Assembly (NCBI RefSeq): GCF_020745735.1
Contig: NC_083447.1
Span: 21,780,755-21,844,754, forward strand
DNA: 64,000 nucleotides
Reading direction: 5' to 3'
From: Hemiscyllium ocellatum
Taxonomy: Eukaryota
Shown: piece by piece, positions 50,801 to 60,540 of the stretch
Layout: each line of letters begins with the position of its first letter
How positions within the stretch are numbered: the first letter of the stretch is position 1
Program-made: the position numbers and the translations under genes
Notes under the pieces: generated by a model
Seen by the model: the letters and a program-made list of their open reading frames with translations, nothing else
Databases searched by the model: none
Told to the model about the DNA's origin: nothing

Positions 50801-53800
50801 GTTTACTGTACAATAGCACAAGTTACATGAGCAAGCTGGATATAATTACTCAGATGATCAGGAGCTGGGGAAGGTGTATCTGACCCCACTAGGATCTTGA
50901 GTTAGAGTTTGAATGCACCATAATGCAGCCTTCAAATTTAACCTTTCAAAACCATTACCAAATACTGTTCAAGAGACTGAACGGGCGTCCTCCTTTTGCG
51001 GTGTAATAAAATCAAGAGACTGAACAGGCCCAGTTCTGACTTTAGGAACTTGCTGTAGGGATTAAGGGACTTGCCATTTATAAAAGATAGCCATACCTTC
51101 AGGATATCGGACAAACAGCCAGTTGAAGGATCCCCTTCCACTTCGAAATCCTCTGCGAATTGCAGGATCACCTCAAATCCTGGGTCGATCTGGATTCTGT
51201 AATGGCACTCGGAATTCTCTGCATAAACTTCAGGATAATTTGGGCTGGTGATGATACCCTTGAATTTTGTGAACACTTCCCCACTGCAGTTCACTATTGT
51301 TGGAAAAGCACAGGATGGATATCAGACTGGCAGGATAACAACTCTAATCAGTGTTAATTCAAAAGTAGTGTTACATCAGATAGGGTTACATTTCTGTGAC
51401 ATGTTCTCTTACTCTATCAGATTGGCACATATACCCTAAATAGGGGTATATATCATAAATCTCTATTGGTATTCAGCAGATGTATTACAGGAGGTTATGT
51501 GGAATGTCAAAGGATATTGCCTTATATCTCTATTAGCCATTAAGAGGGTATTGTCAAAAAAACATTTGCCTCTGATGGAAAATCAAGGGTTATGTTATGT
51601 TGGAACATGTACCTCGCATTCTTTCTTTAATGGGATAATAATGGTTAACTCTTGTGCACAAATCAGGTATAGGCACCAGTTTCACCAATCAGGGACTCCT
51701 TCAAAAGAAGAATTGCTTAGGATAGACTAAGGAAGATATTGTCGCCCATTCTCCCCATGGAGGATCTCATGCAAGGTTAGATCTCATGGAATACAGGGAG
51801 AACTAGCCATTTGGATATAGGACTGGCTCAAAGGTAGAAGACAGAGGTGGTGATGGAGGGTTGTTTTTCAGACTGGAGGCCTGTGACAGTGCCACAAGGA
51901 TTGGTGCTGGGTCCTCTAATTTTTGTAATTTGCATAAATGATTTGGATGTGAGCATAAGAGGTACAGTTAGTAAGGTTGCAGATGACACCAAAATTGGAG
52001 GTGTAGTGGACAGCGAAGAGGGTTACCCCAGGTTACAACAGGATCTTGACCAGATGGCCAATGGGCTGAGAAGTGGCAAATGGAGTTTAATTCAGATAAA
52101 TGCGAGGTGCTGCATTTTTTGAAAGCAAATCTTAGCAGAACTTATACACTTAATTATAAGGTCCTAGGGAGTGTTGCTGAACAAAGACAACTTGGAGTGC
52201 AGGTTCATAGCTCCTTGAAAGTGGAGTCACAAGTAGATTGGATAGTGAAGAAGGCATTTGGTATGCTTTCCTTTATTGGTCAGAGTATTGAGTACAGGAG
52301 TTGGGAGGTCATGTTGCGGCTGTACAGGACATTGGTTAGGCCACTGTTGGAATATTACAAGCAATTCTGGTCTCCTTCCTATCGGAAAGATGTTGTGAAA
52401 CTTGAAAGGGTTCAAAAAAGATTTACAAGGATGTTGCCAGGGTTGGAGGATTTGAGCTACAGGGAGAGGCTGAACAGGTTGGGGCTGTTTTCCTTGAAAC
52501 GTCGGTGGCTGAGGAGTGACCTTATAGAGGTTTACAAAATTATGAGGGGCATGGATACGGTAAATCGGCAAAGCCTTTTCCCTGGTGTCTGGGGGTCCAG
52601 AACTAGAGGGCATAGGTTTACAGTGAGAGGGTAGAGATATAAAAGAGACCCAAGAGGCAACTTTTTCATGCAGAGAGTGGTACGTGTGTGGAATGAGCTG
52701 TCAGAGGAAGTGGTGGAGGCTGGTACAATTGCAACATTTAAGAGGCATTTGGATGGGTGTATGAATAGGAAGGGTTCATAGGGTTATGGGCCGGGTGCTG
52801 GCAGGTGGGATTAGACTGGGTTGGAATGTCTGGTCAGCATGGATGGGTTGGACTGAAGGGTCTGTTTCCATGCTGTACATCTCTGTGACTCTATGACTCA
52901 GGAAGTCCCAAGGCTCTTTATTTCTCATAAATGACATATTTGTTCTCCCCACTGCGCTGGGCCAATATTAAATCCTTTAAAAAAAACTCAATCAAAATAG
53001 AAATTGAGCTCCTGGTTTTTCACAGAGGATCTTGTTTTGCCCGATTTGGTAGTCTGGTCATCTTGCATTACAGAAGGGAACACAACTCAGTCCCAATTGG
53101 AAGTACTTCTGACAGTGCAGCACTTTTTCAGCACTACATTGGATTTCCCTGTCTAAATTGTTGTGCTTCAGTCTCTGGAGTGGGATCTAACTCACAACAA
53201 GCTTGAACTGAGAAAAGTGTGCACCTTAACATGAGTGAAGTTTGAATATTGCCTTTTTAGGAAGCAGTGAAATGTCGAGATCAAGAAAAGCCAGGAAGCA
53301 ACAAAAAGGAAACCAACATGCAAAGATGTAGGTGAAGGGTGGAGCTTAGCTGATTGGCTCATTTAGTGCACTGGGATGCAGTCAGTGAATCAAAATAGAT
53401 CCTTTCCTTTGATGTGGGTCACCATCGCCTGGCACTCACGATATCTGATGCCTGTTCATAATACTGCCATGAATTAGGAATCTCAAATGGAGGTGAAAAT
53501 CTTTTTATTTAATCATTCAAAGGACGAGGGCATTGCTGGATAGGATCCTTCCCATGCTCTAATTCCAACTTTGTGGTGGTATGACACAATGAAATATTTA
53601 AGTGAAAGATATAAAACTTTTTACCCCCACAGATTCTTTGGTTTTCTTGCAAGAAGTAGCCTGGGCGGCAGGAGCAATGAAATCCTCCAATATAGTTGTT
53701 GCAATAATGGCTGCAAGGATCCTCTTCCTTACATTCATCGACATCTACAATGAAATAGAGACAGGTATATGTCACTTGTTAGTTTTATGGTTTCTCTCCT

Positions 53801-56800
53801 TGGGCTTTGGGCAGATGCAGACCAAAATTGCCAGGGACAATTGGGTGGGACAGGGAAGAGGAAAGAGACAGAGTCAAGAATTGAAATATAGGATTTTGTC
53901 AAGGGAATAGTGGCTGGGAGTTGGGCAATTTCCGAATTCTCAAACCCATTTCTATATAGAAGATTGCCCCTCTCCTTGGTATTCTTATCCTTGGGAGTTA
54001 TGGTTGGTTGGACACTGTCACACATCTGCAGCAGTGCAGTAAATTATGCCAGCAGCTGAGTTTGGGCTGATATTTTGACAGCTGAAAATGTGTTGCTGGT
54101 CAAAGCACAGCAGGTCAGGCAGCATCCAAGGAACAGGAAATTCGACGTTTCGGGCCAGAGCCCTTCTTCAGGAATCTGGCCCGAAACGTCGAATTTCCTG
54201 TTCCTTGGATGCTGCCTGACCTGCTGTGCTTTGACCAGCAACACATTTTCAGCTGTGATCTCCAGCATCTGCAGACCTCACTTTTTACTCTGATATTTTG
54301 ACACCCAGACTGGAATGAGCACTTTGCCATAACAGGAAATGCTAGACAGATTAGGCCAATGTCTTCTAAATAAAAACCAAAAGAACTGCAGATGCTGAAA
54401 ATCAGACTTTAAAAAAACAAAAATTGCTGGAAAAGCTCTGCAGGTCTGGCAGCCTCTGTGGAAAGAAATTAGAGTTCATGTTTCACGTCCAGCGATCCTT
54501 CCTCAGAACTCCATTTGACTCACCCTGCTCTGAGATGGGGGCAACAAGTTAAGTTTATTTTATGGGGGGGAAGATGATGATGGGCACTGCAGGCTGCACA
54601 TTGCTCGGAATGTCAATGATGCTGAAATTCCTATCCCAAATACTCAAGACAGTGGAAGGTACACATGGTGATGGTGTTGATGCACAAGGCATTATTGACA
54701 GCTGGCCAGATACTGATGCATTGGTGAAGTTGAAGGTTTGATTGGGCAGAGTTTGACAATTATAGTCGAGAATACTGGCCTCAGACCACACATGGTCTCA
54801 CAGCATGCCAATGTGAGACTATTTCGATGTGAACCACTATCACTCAACACACATGGTGTTTGATGCTTGTTCACAATACTGCAGTGATGTTGCTCAGGCA
54901 GGAACAGAATTAGGAATCACAAATGGGGGTGAAGATCTCTTAATTAATCATATAAGGACGTGGCATTGCTGGATAGGACAGCATCAATTATGTTGGAGAA
55001 AGGTGAGATGCTCTCTCGTGCTGTTATATTCCAGTTGGTTTTGGACACAGTGCTCTTAGGAAGTCCGTTCCAGGATTTTCACCCAGTGACATTGAAGGAA
55101 TGATGACGTAGTTCCAAATCAGGATATTGTGTGGCGGAAAGGAGAACTTTAAGGTGAAAGTGGCAGCCCTTGACATTAAGGCTCCATTCAACCAAATGTG
55201 GTATCAAGGAGCCTCAGCAGAACTGGAATCAATGGGTATCAGAGGGCAAACTCTCCACTGGTTGGAGTTATAGCTGGCACTTAGGAAGATGGTTGAGGTT
55301 GTTGGAGGTCAGTATTCACAGTTCCAGAACATCTCTGAAGGAGTTAGGATAGTGTCCTACCCCCAACCATCTTCAACTGTTTCATTAATAATTCCCTCCA
55401 TCATAAGGTCAGAAGTGGGAATTTCACCAATGAATGCACAATGTCTAGCACCATTCTTTACTCCATCAATAGTGAATGTAGTCTGTACTCAAATGCAACA
55501 AGCTCTGGACAATCTTCAGTCTTGAGCTGAGAAGTGGCACATAACATCCATGCCACACAAATGCCAGGCAATGGCCATCTCTAATAAGAGACAATCTAAT
55601 CACTACCCCTTGACATCTAATGGTGTTACCATTGGCCAAAAACTTAACTGGACCCACCACAGTGGTCACGAGAGTAGGTCAGAGTTTAGAAATACTGCAG
55701 TGAGTAACTCAACTCCTGACTCCCCAAAGTGTCCATAAGGCACAGGTCAGGGGTGTGATAGAATACTCCCCATCTCCAACAAAAGTCAAGAAGCTTTATC
55801 CATCCAGGCTAAAGCAACCTGCTTGATTGGCATTACATTCACAAGCATTCACTCCTCTACCAGCGACACTCAATAATAGCAGTTTATACTGTTGACAAGA
55901 TGCATTGCAGAAATTCATCAAAGACCTTCAGACAGCATCTTCCAAATGCAAGACTACTTCCATTGAAAAGGACAAGGGCAGCAGATAAACAGGAACACCA
56001 CCACCTGCAAGTTCCCCTCCAAGCCACTCACCATCCTCACTTGGAAATGCATCGCTGTTCCCTTGCTGTCACTGGGTCAAAATTCTGGTATTCCTTCCCT
56101 AAAGGCTTTATGTGCCAACATACAACATGTCAACTGCAGAGGCTCAAGAAGGTAGCTCACCACCGCCTTTGCATGGGCAAACAGGGATGGGCAATAAAAT
56201 AGTGGCCAACCAGCGATGTCCAGGTCCCATGAGTGAATTAAAAAAAACTTACATAAATGGTGTTCACCTGCATCAGCTGCTCATGTTCTAGGTTTCAGAT
56301 TTGAAAGCTGCTGTTCAAGGCCCCTTGATGAATTATTGCAGAGCATCTTGTAGATGCTGTACCATGTTGACATTGGACAAACAACTAAATATTTAAGATG
56401 GTAGATATCGTGCCAATAAAATGGACATCTTTTATAGAACATAGAATATAGAACAATACAGCACAGAATAGGCCCACGATGTTGTGCCGAACATTTGTCC
56501 TCGCTTAAGCATCTGTCCATGTACCTATCCAATTGCTGCTTAAAGGTCACCAATGATTCTGACTCTGCCACTCTCAAAGGCAGCGCATTCCATGCCCCCA
56601 CCACTCTCTGGGTAAAGAACCTACCCCTGACATCCCCTCTATACCTTCCACCCATCACCTTAAAATTATGTCCCCTTGTAACATTCTGTTGTACCCGGGG
56701 AAAAAGTCTCTGACTGTCTACTCTATCTATTGCCCTGATCATCTTATAAAACTCTATCAAGTCACCCCTCATCCTTCGCCGTTCCAATGAGAAAAGGCCT

Positions 56801-59800
56801 AGCACTCTCAACCTATCCTCAAACCTATTCTCCATTCCAGGCAACAACCTGGTAAATCTCCTCTGCACCCTCTCCAAAGCTTCCACATCTTTCCTAAAGT
56901 GAGGCAACCAGAACTGCACACAGCACTCCAAATGTGCCGTACCAAGGTCCTGTAAAGCTGCAACATCATCTCACGACTCTTGAATTCAATTCCTCTGCTA
57001 ATGAACGCTAATACACCATAGACCTTCTTACAAGCTCTATCCACCTGAGTGGCAACTTTCAAAGAGCTATGAACGTAGACCCCAAGATCCCTCTGCTCCT
57101 CCACCTTACTAAGAACCCTACCGTTAACCCTGTATTCCGCATTCTTATTCGTCCTTCCAAAATGGACAACCTCACACTTGACAGGGTTGAATTCCATCTG
57201 CCACACCTCAGCCTAGCTCTGCATCATATCTAAGTCCCTTTGCAGCTGACAACAGCCCTCCTCACTATCCACAACTCCACCTATCTTCGTATCATCTGCA
57301 AATTTACTGACCCACCCTTCGACTCCCTCTTCCAAGTCATTAATAAAAATTACAAACAGCAGAGGACCCAGAACTGATCCTTGCAGAACTCCACTTGTAA
57401 CTGGGCTCCAGACTGAATATTTACCATCTACCACCACTCTCTGACTTCGACCGGTTAGCCAGTTCTCTATCCAACTGGCCAAATTTCCCACTATCCCATG
57501 CCTCCTGACTTTCCGCGTAAGCCTACTATGGGAAACCTTATCAAATGCCTTACTAAGATCCATGTACACTACATCCACTGCTCTACCCTCATCCACATGC
57601 TTGGTCACCTCCTTAAAGAATTCAATAAGACTAGTAAGGCAAGACCTACCCCTCACAAATCCATGCTGGCTGTCCCTAATCAAGCAGTGTCTTTCCACAT
57701 ACTCATAAATCCTATCCCTCAGTACCCTTTCCATTACTTTGCCTAACACCGAAGTAAGACTAACTGGCCTGTAATTCCCAGGGTTATCTCTACTCCCTTT
57801 TTTGAACAGGGGCACAACATTCGCCACTCTCCAGTCCCCTGGTACAACCCCCGTTGACAGTGAAGACGAAAAGATCATTGCCAACGGTACTGCAATTTCC
57901 TCTCTTGCTTCCCACATAATCCTAGGATATATCCCATCAGGCCCGGGAGACTTGTCTATCCTCAAGTTTTTCAAAATGCCCAATACATCTTTCTTCCTAA
58001 CAAGTATCTCCTCTAGCTTACCAATCCATTTCATACTCTCCTCTTCAACAATATGGTCCCTCTCATTTGTAAATACTGAAGAAAAGTACTCATTCAAGAC
58101 CTCTCCTATCTCTTCCAACTCAATACACAGTGTCCCACTACTGTCCTTGATTGGACCTACCCTCATTCTCGTCATTCTCATGTTTCTCACATACGCATAA
58201 AAGACCTTGGGGTTATCCTTGATCCTACCCGCCAAAGATTTTTCATGCCCGCTCTTAGCTCTCCTAATCCCTTTCTTCAGCTCCCTCCTGGCTATCCTGT
58301 ATCCCTCCAACACTCTGTCTGAACCTTGTTTCCTCAACCTTATGTAAGCCTTCTTCTTCCTCCTTTTATCCTGCATAATATCAAGCTCCTTGCACATTGT
58401 TAGAGCTGAACTCATCCAGGTAAATGACGCCTACTCCATCACATTCCTGACTTGTGCTTTGTGGATTGTGGAAGGTTCGGGGTGTCAGGAGGTGAGTTAT
58501 TCACCGAAGGATTCCAAACTCTTGCAGCCACTACATTTATATGCCAAGTCCAGTTCAGATTGTAGTCAATGGGTGTCCTGGGGATGGTGACAGTGGGTGA
58601 TTCGGCAATGGTAATGTCATTGAATGCCAAGCGAGGATGGTTAAAATCTCTCTTGCAGGAGATGGACATGAACCTGGTGTGAGTTTACTTCGCCCTTGTC
58701 AGCTCAAGCCTGAATGTTGTTTAGGTCTTGATGCATTTTTTATTTAAATTCATTCTTTCGATGAGTGCATCACTTGTGGCACCTGCATTTATTGCCCTTG
58801 GGAAGGTAGTGGTAAGCAGCCTTCTTGAACACCTGACCCAATAATGGAAAGAATGTAATGATGAGGTGGCTGAAGATAGTTGGGCCTAGACCACTACATG
58901 AGGTAACCCCTGCAGAGATCTCCTTGAGTTGAGATGACCGAACACCAGCAACCACAACCATCATCCTATCTTTCAGATTGACTCCAACCACTGGACAGTT
59001 TCCACCCTGATTCTACTGATTCTAGATTCTGGATTAGTGGTGCTGGAAGAGCACAGCAATTCAGGCAGCATCCAAGGAGCAATGAAATAGATGTTTCAGC
59101 CAAAAGCCCTTCATCAGGAATAATTGAGGAAATGACCTGGGAGTTGCAGTGGGAGAGGGACTCCCTGAGATTCTTGTAGAGAGAGGAGGAAAACTTCTTC
59201 AAGGCAGGCATCCTTGCAAGAGGATTCACAGTAGGGTTAAAGTCAACGAGGTAAAAGCAATGACTGCAGATGCTGGAAACCAGATTCTGGATTAGTGGTG
59301 CTAGAAGAGCACAGCAGTTCAGGCAGCATCCCAGGAGCAGCGAAATCGACGTTTTGGGCAAAAGCCGATTCAGGTTTGCTCACGTGGTGAAATGTGGCCT
59401 TGATGTCAGGGACTCTTACTTTGAGGTCCCCAGATTACTATCTGGGTGTCTGGATTAACAGTCTGGTGTTAATACTACTGGCCATCACTTCTCTTGGAAA
59501 AATACAACAAAAGCATATACTTACACATAAAGAAAAAACACACACCTCGTGACACACTGACATATGGACACATGCAAACATAAATGCACACAGATATAGA
59601 TTCATGGATATATGGTCAGAATAATGCACAATGTCAGTATACAACAAAAACACATACACTGTCACATACACATTAAACAATATAGACACATAAACATGGA
59701 CCTACACACATAGATGTGTACACACAGATATACAAACAACTCCATCTACATTCTCACACACGCGCAGACTCATTCCCAGACTGGGATATATGAACAGATT

Positions 59801-60224
59801 CACACGCATACACAAAGTTCACATGACCACACACACACTCTCATACACACAGATTCAAAACCACATAAATGCACAGAGGCACATACACAAGACATACATC
59901 CTGTTTTAATGCACAGCGAAAGAGGAATAGAAGGATGGCATGAAATGAAGAGTAAGGAGGAGGTATTATGTTAGAACACACATCAGCACAAATTAGATGG
60001 CCCAAATGACCCTATGCTATTCTGTAATGAGTTTCTAATAACTTCATACCAATTGCTGTATAGTAGGCAACAAATCCAGTATAACGTTCTTCATTGGAGA
60101 AATCTGATTTAAAAGTGACTTTCATCCAATTTCCTGTGGTGTGGTATTCTTGGGGGAATTGGAAATCTCCCTCCTCTTTGCTACTTCCACAGATCGGAGG
60201 ATGAAGTGCTTCATCACAAAAGAT
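26040..60224 (-). CDS. C1S: Complement C1s-like serine protease, 5'-incomplete: join(60050-60224,53625-53744,51097-51293,43471-43618,41339-41451,36352-36439,34704-34823,27894-27971,26040-26818)
   Basis: Nine exons with GT-AG ends and compatible phases total 1818 nt (605 aa plus stop), in the order CUB1b-EGF-CUB2-CCP1-CCP2-SP. C1s-type motifs are [23 protein letters not shown] and GWGRTE. C1s versus C1r was assigned by recalled human sequences only. Confidence 0.85.
27301..27508. mobile_element. Penelope-derived hairpin insertion with 13-bp TSD
   Basis: Imperfect inverted arms GCTGGAAA..GCAGCATCCGAGGAGCAGGAAAATCG / GATGCTGCCTGACCTGCTG, and TSD GCAGATTGGTGTC at 27288-27300 and 27509-27521. Confidence 0.8.
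27894..27971 (-). CDS. C1S: C1s-like exon CCP2b
   Basis: (A)[25 protein letters not shown](V); CTCTCCACCAG acceptor, GTAAAT donor, phase 1/1. Confidence 0.9.
28365..28550 (-). mobile_element. Diverged HE1-related SINE 3' part
   Basis: GGCCATTTAGCCCAT..CTAGCCTGCACATCCCTGG..GGACAATTTAGCATAGCCAATCCA resembles the SINE body and tail. Confidence 0.55.
29235..30497 (+). mobile_element. Young 5'-truncated CR1 LINE with 368-aa RT ORF (29283-30389)
   Basis: [39 protein letters not shown]; tail of (CTATTGT)n repeats. Confidence 0.95.
31240..32210 (-). mobile_element. Penelope-like element fragment (RT C-terminal part plus GIY-YIG endonuclease)
   Basis: ORF 31691-32314 ([21 protein letters not shown]) and ORF 31242-31613 ([21 protein letters not shown]). 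Confidence 0.9.
32560..33700 (-). mobile_element. Old L2/CR1-clade LINE remnants
   Basis: Reverse-complement similarity to the 55160-56250 element; no ORF. Confidence 0.5.
33850..34610 (-). mobile_element. CR1 3' fragment
   Basis: ORF 34130-34639 ([28 protein letters not shown]). Confidence 0.8.
34704..34823 (-). CDS. C1S: C1s-like exon CCP2a
   Basis: (P)[39 protein letters not shown]; CCCATTCACAG acceptor, GTGAGA donor, 120 bp. Confidence 0.92.
35000..35175 (+). mobile_element. CR1 3' tail fragment
   Basis: GGGTATATGAATAGGAAGGG..GGACCAAAGGGTCTGTTTCCATGCTGTACATCTCTATGACTCTA. Confidence 0.85.
35478..35810 (+). mobile_element. Second SINE family (tRNA-like head, L2-type tail family)
   Basis: GTGGTCATG..GGATTCAAATCCCACCATGG..TGGTCTGGCCTGCATG..CCAGACCCACAGCAATGTG..GACTCTTA.CTGCCCTCTG; related pieces at 42165-42490 and 59380-59490. 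Confidence 0.6.
36352..36439 (-). CDS. C1S: C1s-like exon CCP1b
   Basis: [29 protein letters not shown](P); CTCCCTGTAG acceptor, GTAAGT donor, phase 0/1. Confidence 0.9.
36620..37500 (+). mobile_element. Decayed CR1 RT/3' fragment
   Basis: [12 protein letters not shown]- and [16 protein letters not shown]-like segments. Confidence 0.6.
37907..38205 (+). mobile_element. HE1-type SINE with short deletion near the tail
   Basis: Near-consensus head and body; lacks AGGGCCTGTTTCCAC. Confidence 0.9.
38323..38457 (+). mobile_element. Penelope terminal-repeat insertion with 10-bp TSD
   Basis: CTGAAGCAGGGCTCATGCCCGAAA..GATGCTGCCTGACCTGCTG; TSD GTACACAATC at 38313-38322 and 38458-38467. Confidence 0.75.
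38590..38891 (-). mobile_element. HE1-type SINE
   Basis: Reverse complement of head, body and tail. Confidence 0.9.
39040..39345 (-). mobile_element. Deu-domain SINE (SacSINE1/AmnSINE1-like) remnant
   Basis: Minus strand CTCTCAGAGGACGCAAAGATGCCATG..GGCCATTATCTCATTTCTCTTTGTGGGAGC..GCTGCTGCTTTCC.ACAAT..AAAGTACTTTGG resembles the recalled Deu domain. Confidence 0.65.
39633..39845 (+). mobile_element. Diverged tRNA-SINE (HE1-related)
   Basis: GGGCAGCACAATGGCTCAGTGGTTATCACTGC..GTGGAGTTTGCATGTTCTCCCC. Confidence 0.75.
39850..40710. mobile_element. Probable solo LTR (related to 49870-50620)
   Basis: Shared TTGACAAC.TT.AACCAAT block and similar composition with 49870-50620; ends TTTGTCACA. Confidence 0.4.
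41339..41451 (-). CDS. C1S: C1s-like exon CCP1a
   Basis: (A)[37 protein letters not shown]; TTTGTCTGCAG acceptor, GTAAGT donor, phase 1/0. Confidence 0.92.
41945..42940 (+). mobile_element. SacSINE1-like SINE head with expanded internal ~30-bp minisatellite, interrupted by a minus-strand SINE (42165-42490)
   Basis: Head GGGTTCAAGTCCCATTCTAGAGACT, then repeated CAGTACTGAGGGA..GCTGCACTGTCAGAGG units at 42540-42910. Confidence 0.55.
43471..43618 (-). CDS. C1S: C1s-like exon CUB2b
   Basis: [49 protein letters not shown](A); CCTGATTCCAG acceptor, GTAAAA donor, phase 0/1. Confidence 0.93.
44647..46825 (-). mobile_element. CR1 LINE, about 2.2 kb 5'-truncated, frameshifted
   Basis: Consecutive ORF pieces 46511-46696, 46226-46498, 45956-46192, 45230-45427 and 44852-45223 trace CR1 ORF2; AGAGACGTACAGCACGG tail. 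Confidence 0.9.
46826..47180 (-). mobile_element. Second CR1 3' end
   Basis: ORF 46801-47199 ([24 protein letters not shown]) and a CATAGAGT tail. Confidence 0.88.
47180..47690 (+). mobile_element. Penelope-like 3' fragment (GIY-YIG C-terminus plus terminal repeat)
   Basis: [34 protein letters not shown] followed by GATGCTGCCTGACCT. Confidence 0.8.
48820..49035. mobile_element. Penelope-derived hairpin (second family) with diverged arms
   Basis: CAGCAGGTCTGGCAGC...TTTCAGGTCCAGTGACCCTTC / GAAGGATCATTGGACCTGAAA...CTGCCAGACCTGCTG. Confidence 0.7.
49870..50620. mobile_element. Probable solo LTR
   Basis: About 750 bp starting TGTGAAAA and ending GTTGTAACA, with an internal AATAAA and similarity to 39850-40710. 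No TSD found. Confidence 0.45.
51097..51293 (-). CDS. C1S: C1s-like exon CUB2a
   Basis: (V)[65 protein letters not shown]; CCAACAATAG acceptor, GTATGG donor, phase 1/0. Confidence 0.93.
51760..52895 (+). mobile_element. CR1 RT and 3' end, same subfamily as 61330-62900
   Basis: ORFs 51847-52122 and 52080-52634 ([24 protein letters not shown]); CTCTGTGACTCTATGACTC tail. Confidence 0.92.
52990..53220 (-). mobile_element. SacSINE1-like SINE head remnant
   Basis: Plus strand CTGACAGTGCAGCACT..CAGCACT..GTCTCTGGAGTGGGAT is the reverse complement of the head seen at 41945. Confidence 0.55.
53625..53744 (-). CDS. C1S: C1s-like exon, Ca-binding EGF
   Basis: (D)[39 protein letters not shown]; TTTCATTGTAG acceptor, GTAAAA donor, 120 bp, phase 1/1. 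Confidence 0.95.
54081..54289. mobile_element. Young Penelope-derived hairpin insertion: perfect 82-bp arms, 14-bp TSD
   Basis: Arms 54078-54159 and 54175-54256 are exact reverse complements, with a 15-nt loop; TSD CTGATATTTTGACA at 54067-54080 and 54290-54303. Confidence 0.9.
54144..54171 (-). ncRNA. Candidate minimal type-I hammerhead ribozyme core
   Basis: CUGAAGA-A-GGGC(UCUG)GCCC-GAAA-CG-UC with flanking helix I GAUUC/GAAUU. Predicted from motif only. Confidence 0.55.
55160..56250 (+). mobile_element. Old L2/CR1-clade LINE RT and 3' end
   Basis: [33 protein letters not shown] motifs; tail GGGATGGGCAATAAAA..CCCATGAGTGAATTAAAAAA. Confidence 0.7.
56435..58380 (-). mobile_element. Young CR1 LINE, about 1.95 kb, with 400-aa ORF (57213-58415) and two downstream frameshifts
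   Basis: [51 protein letters not shown]; continues in ORFs 56808-57206 and 56281-56931; (ATAGAAC)n tail. Confidence 0.95.
58380..58990 (-). mobile_element. Old L2-like LINE fragments hosting the young CR1
   Basis: ORF 58439-58669 ([25 protein letters not shown]) resembles the 55160-56250 family. Confidence 0.6.
59020..59370 (-). mobile_element. Penelope-like tandem terminal repeats with RT remnant
   Basis: Two direct copies of GGATTAGTGGTGCT.GAAGAGCACAGCA.TTCAGGCAGCATCC..GAAAT; ORF 58966-59361. Confidence 0.75.
59500..59900. repeat. CA-rich degenerate microsatellite
   Basis: Dense ACAC/CATA/CACAG runs. Confidence 0.75.
60050..60224 (-). CDS. C1S: C1s-like exon CUB1b
   Basis: [58 protein letters not shown](D); TCATTTTCCCAG acceptor, GTATGA donor, phase 0/1. 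Confidence 0.93.
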
Positions 60225-60339
60225 CTGGGAAAATGAAATGACACAATAAAATTAGCTTCATAATTTCAACTGTGAGACCCTCAAATACAGATCCAGAATC
60301 AATGGAAATTGTTGTATAGAAAAATGGGGAGATTGAGGT

Positions 60340-60540
60340 ATAGACTGCAAGATAGATGGAAACATTGATAAGATAGATGTATAAAATATAAAAATAGCCA
60401 GACAATATATGATGGCTGTGAAGAAACATAAAGATAGACAATTAAATTGATGAACAGATAAAGACACATTATAGGTACATGAGACAGATGATGGAGGTGG
60501 ATGATGGATAGACAGGCAGACAGATAAATCAAATAGGTTT
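60340..60540. repeat. GATA/GACA-type degenerate microsatellite
   Basis: AGATAGATGG, GATAGACAGGCAGACAGATA runs. Confidence 0.6.

Noticed and set aside
50938-51096. MAp44-like truncated isoform by read-through of the CUB2a donor
   Set aside because: The frame is open but there is no adjacent poly(A) signal or other support.
59090-59117. Functional hammerheads at 59.1, 59.35, 38.33 and 27.39 kb
   Set aside because: Each has a core or stem lesion (G-G mismatch in stem II, missing CUGA, A9 to C, C3 to U).
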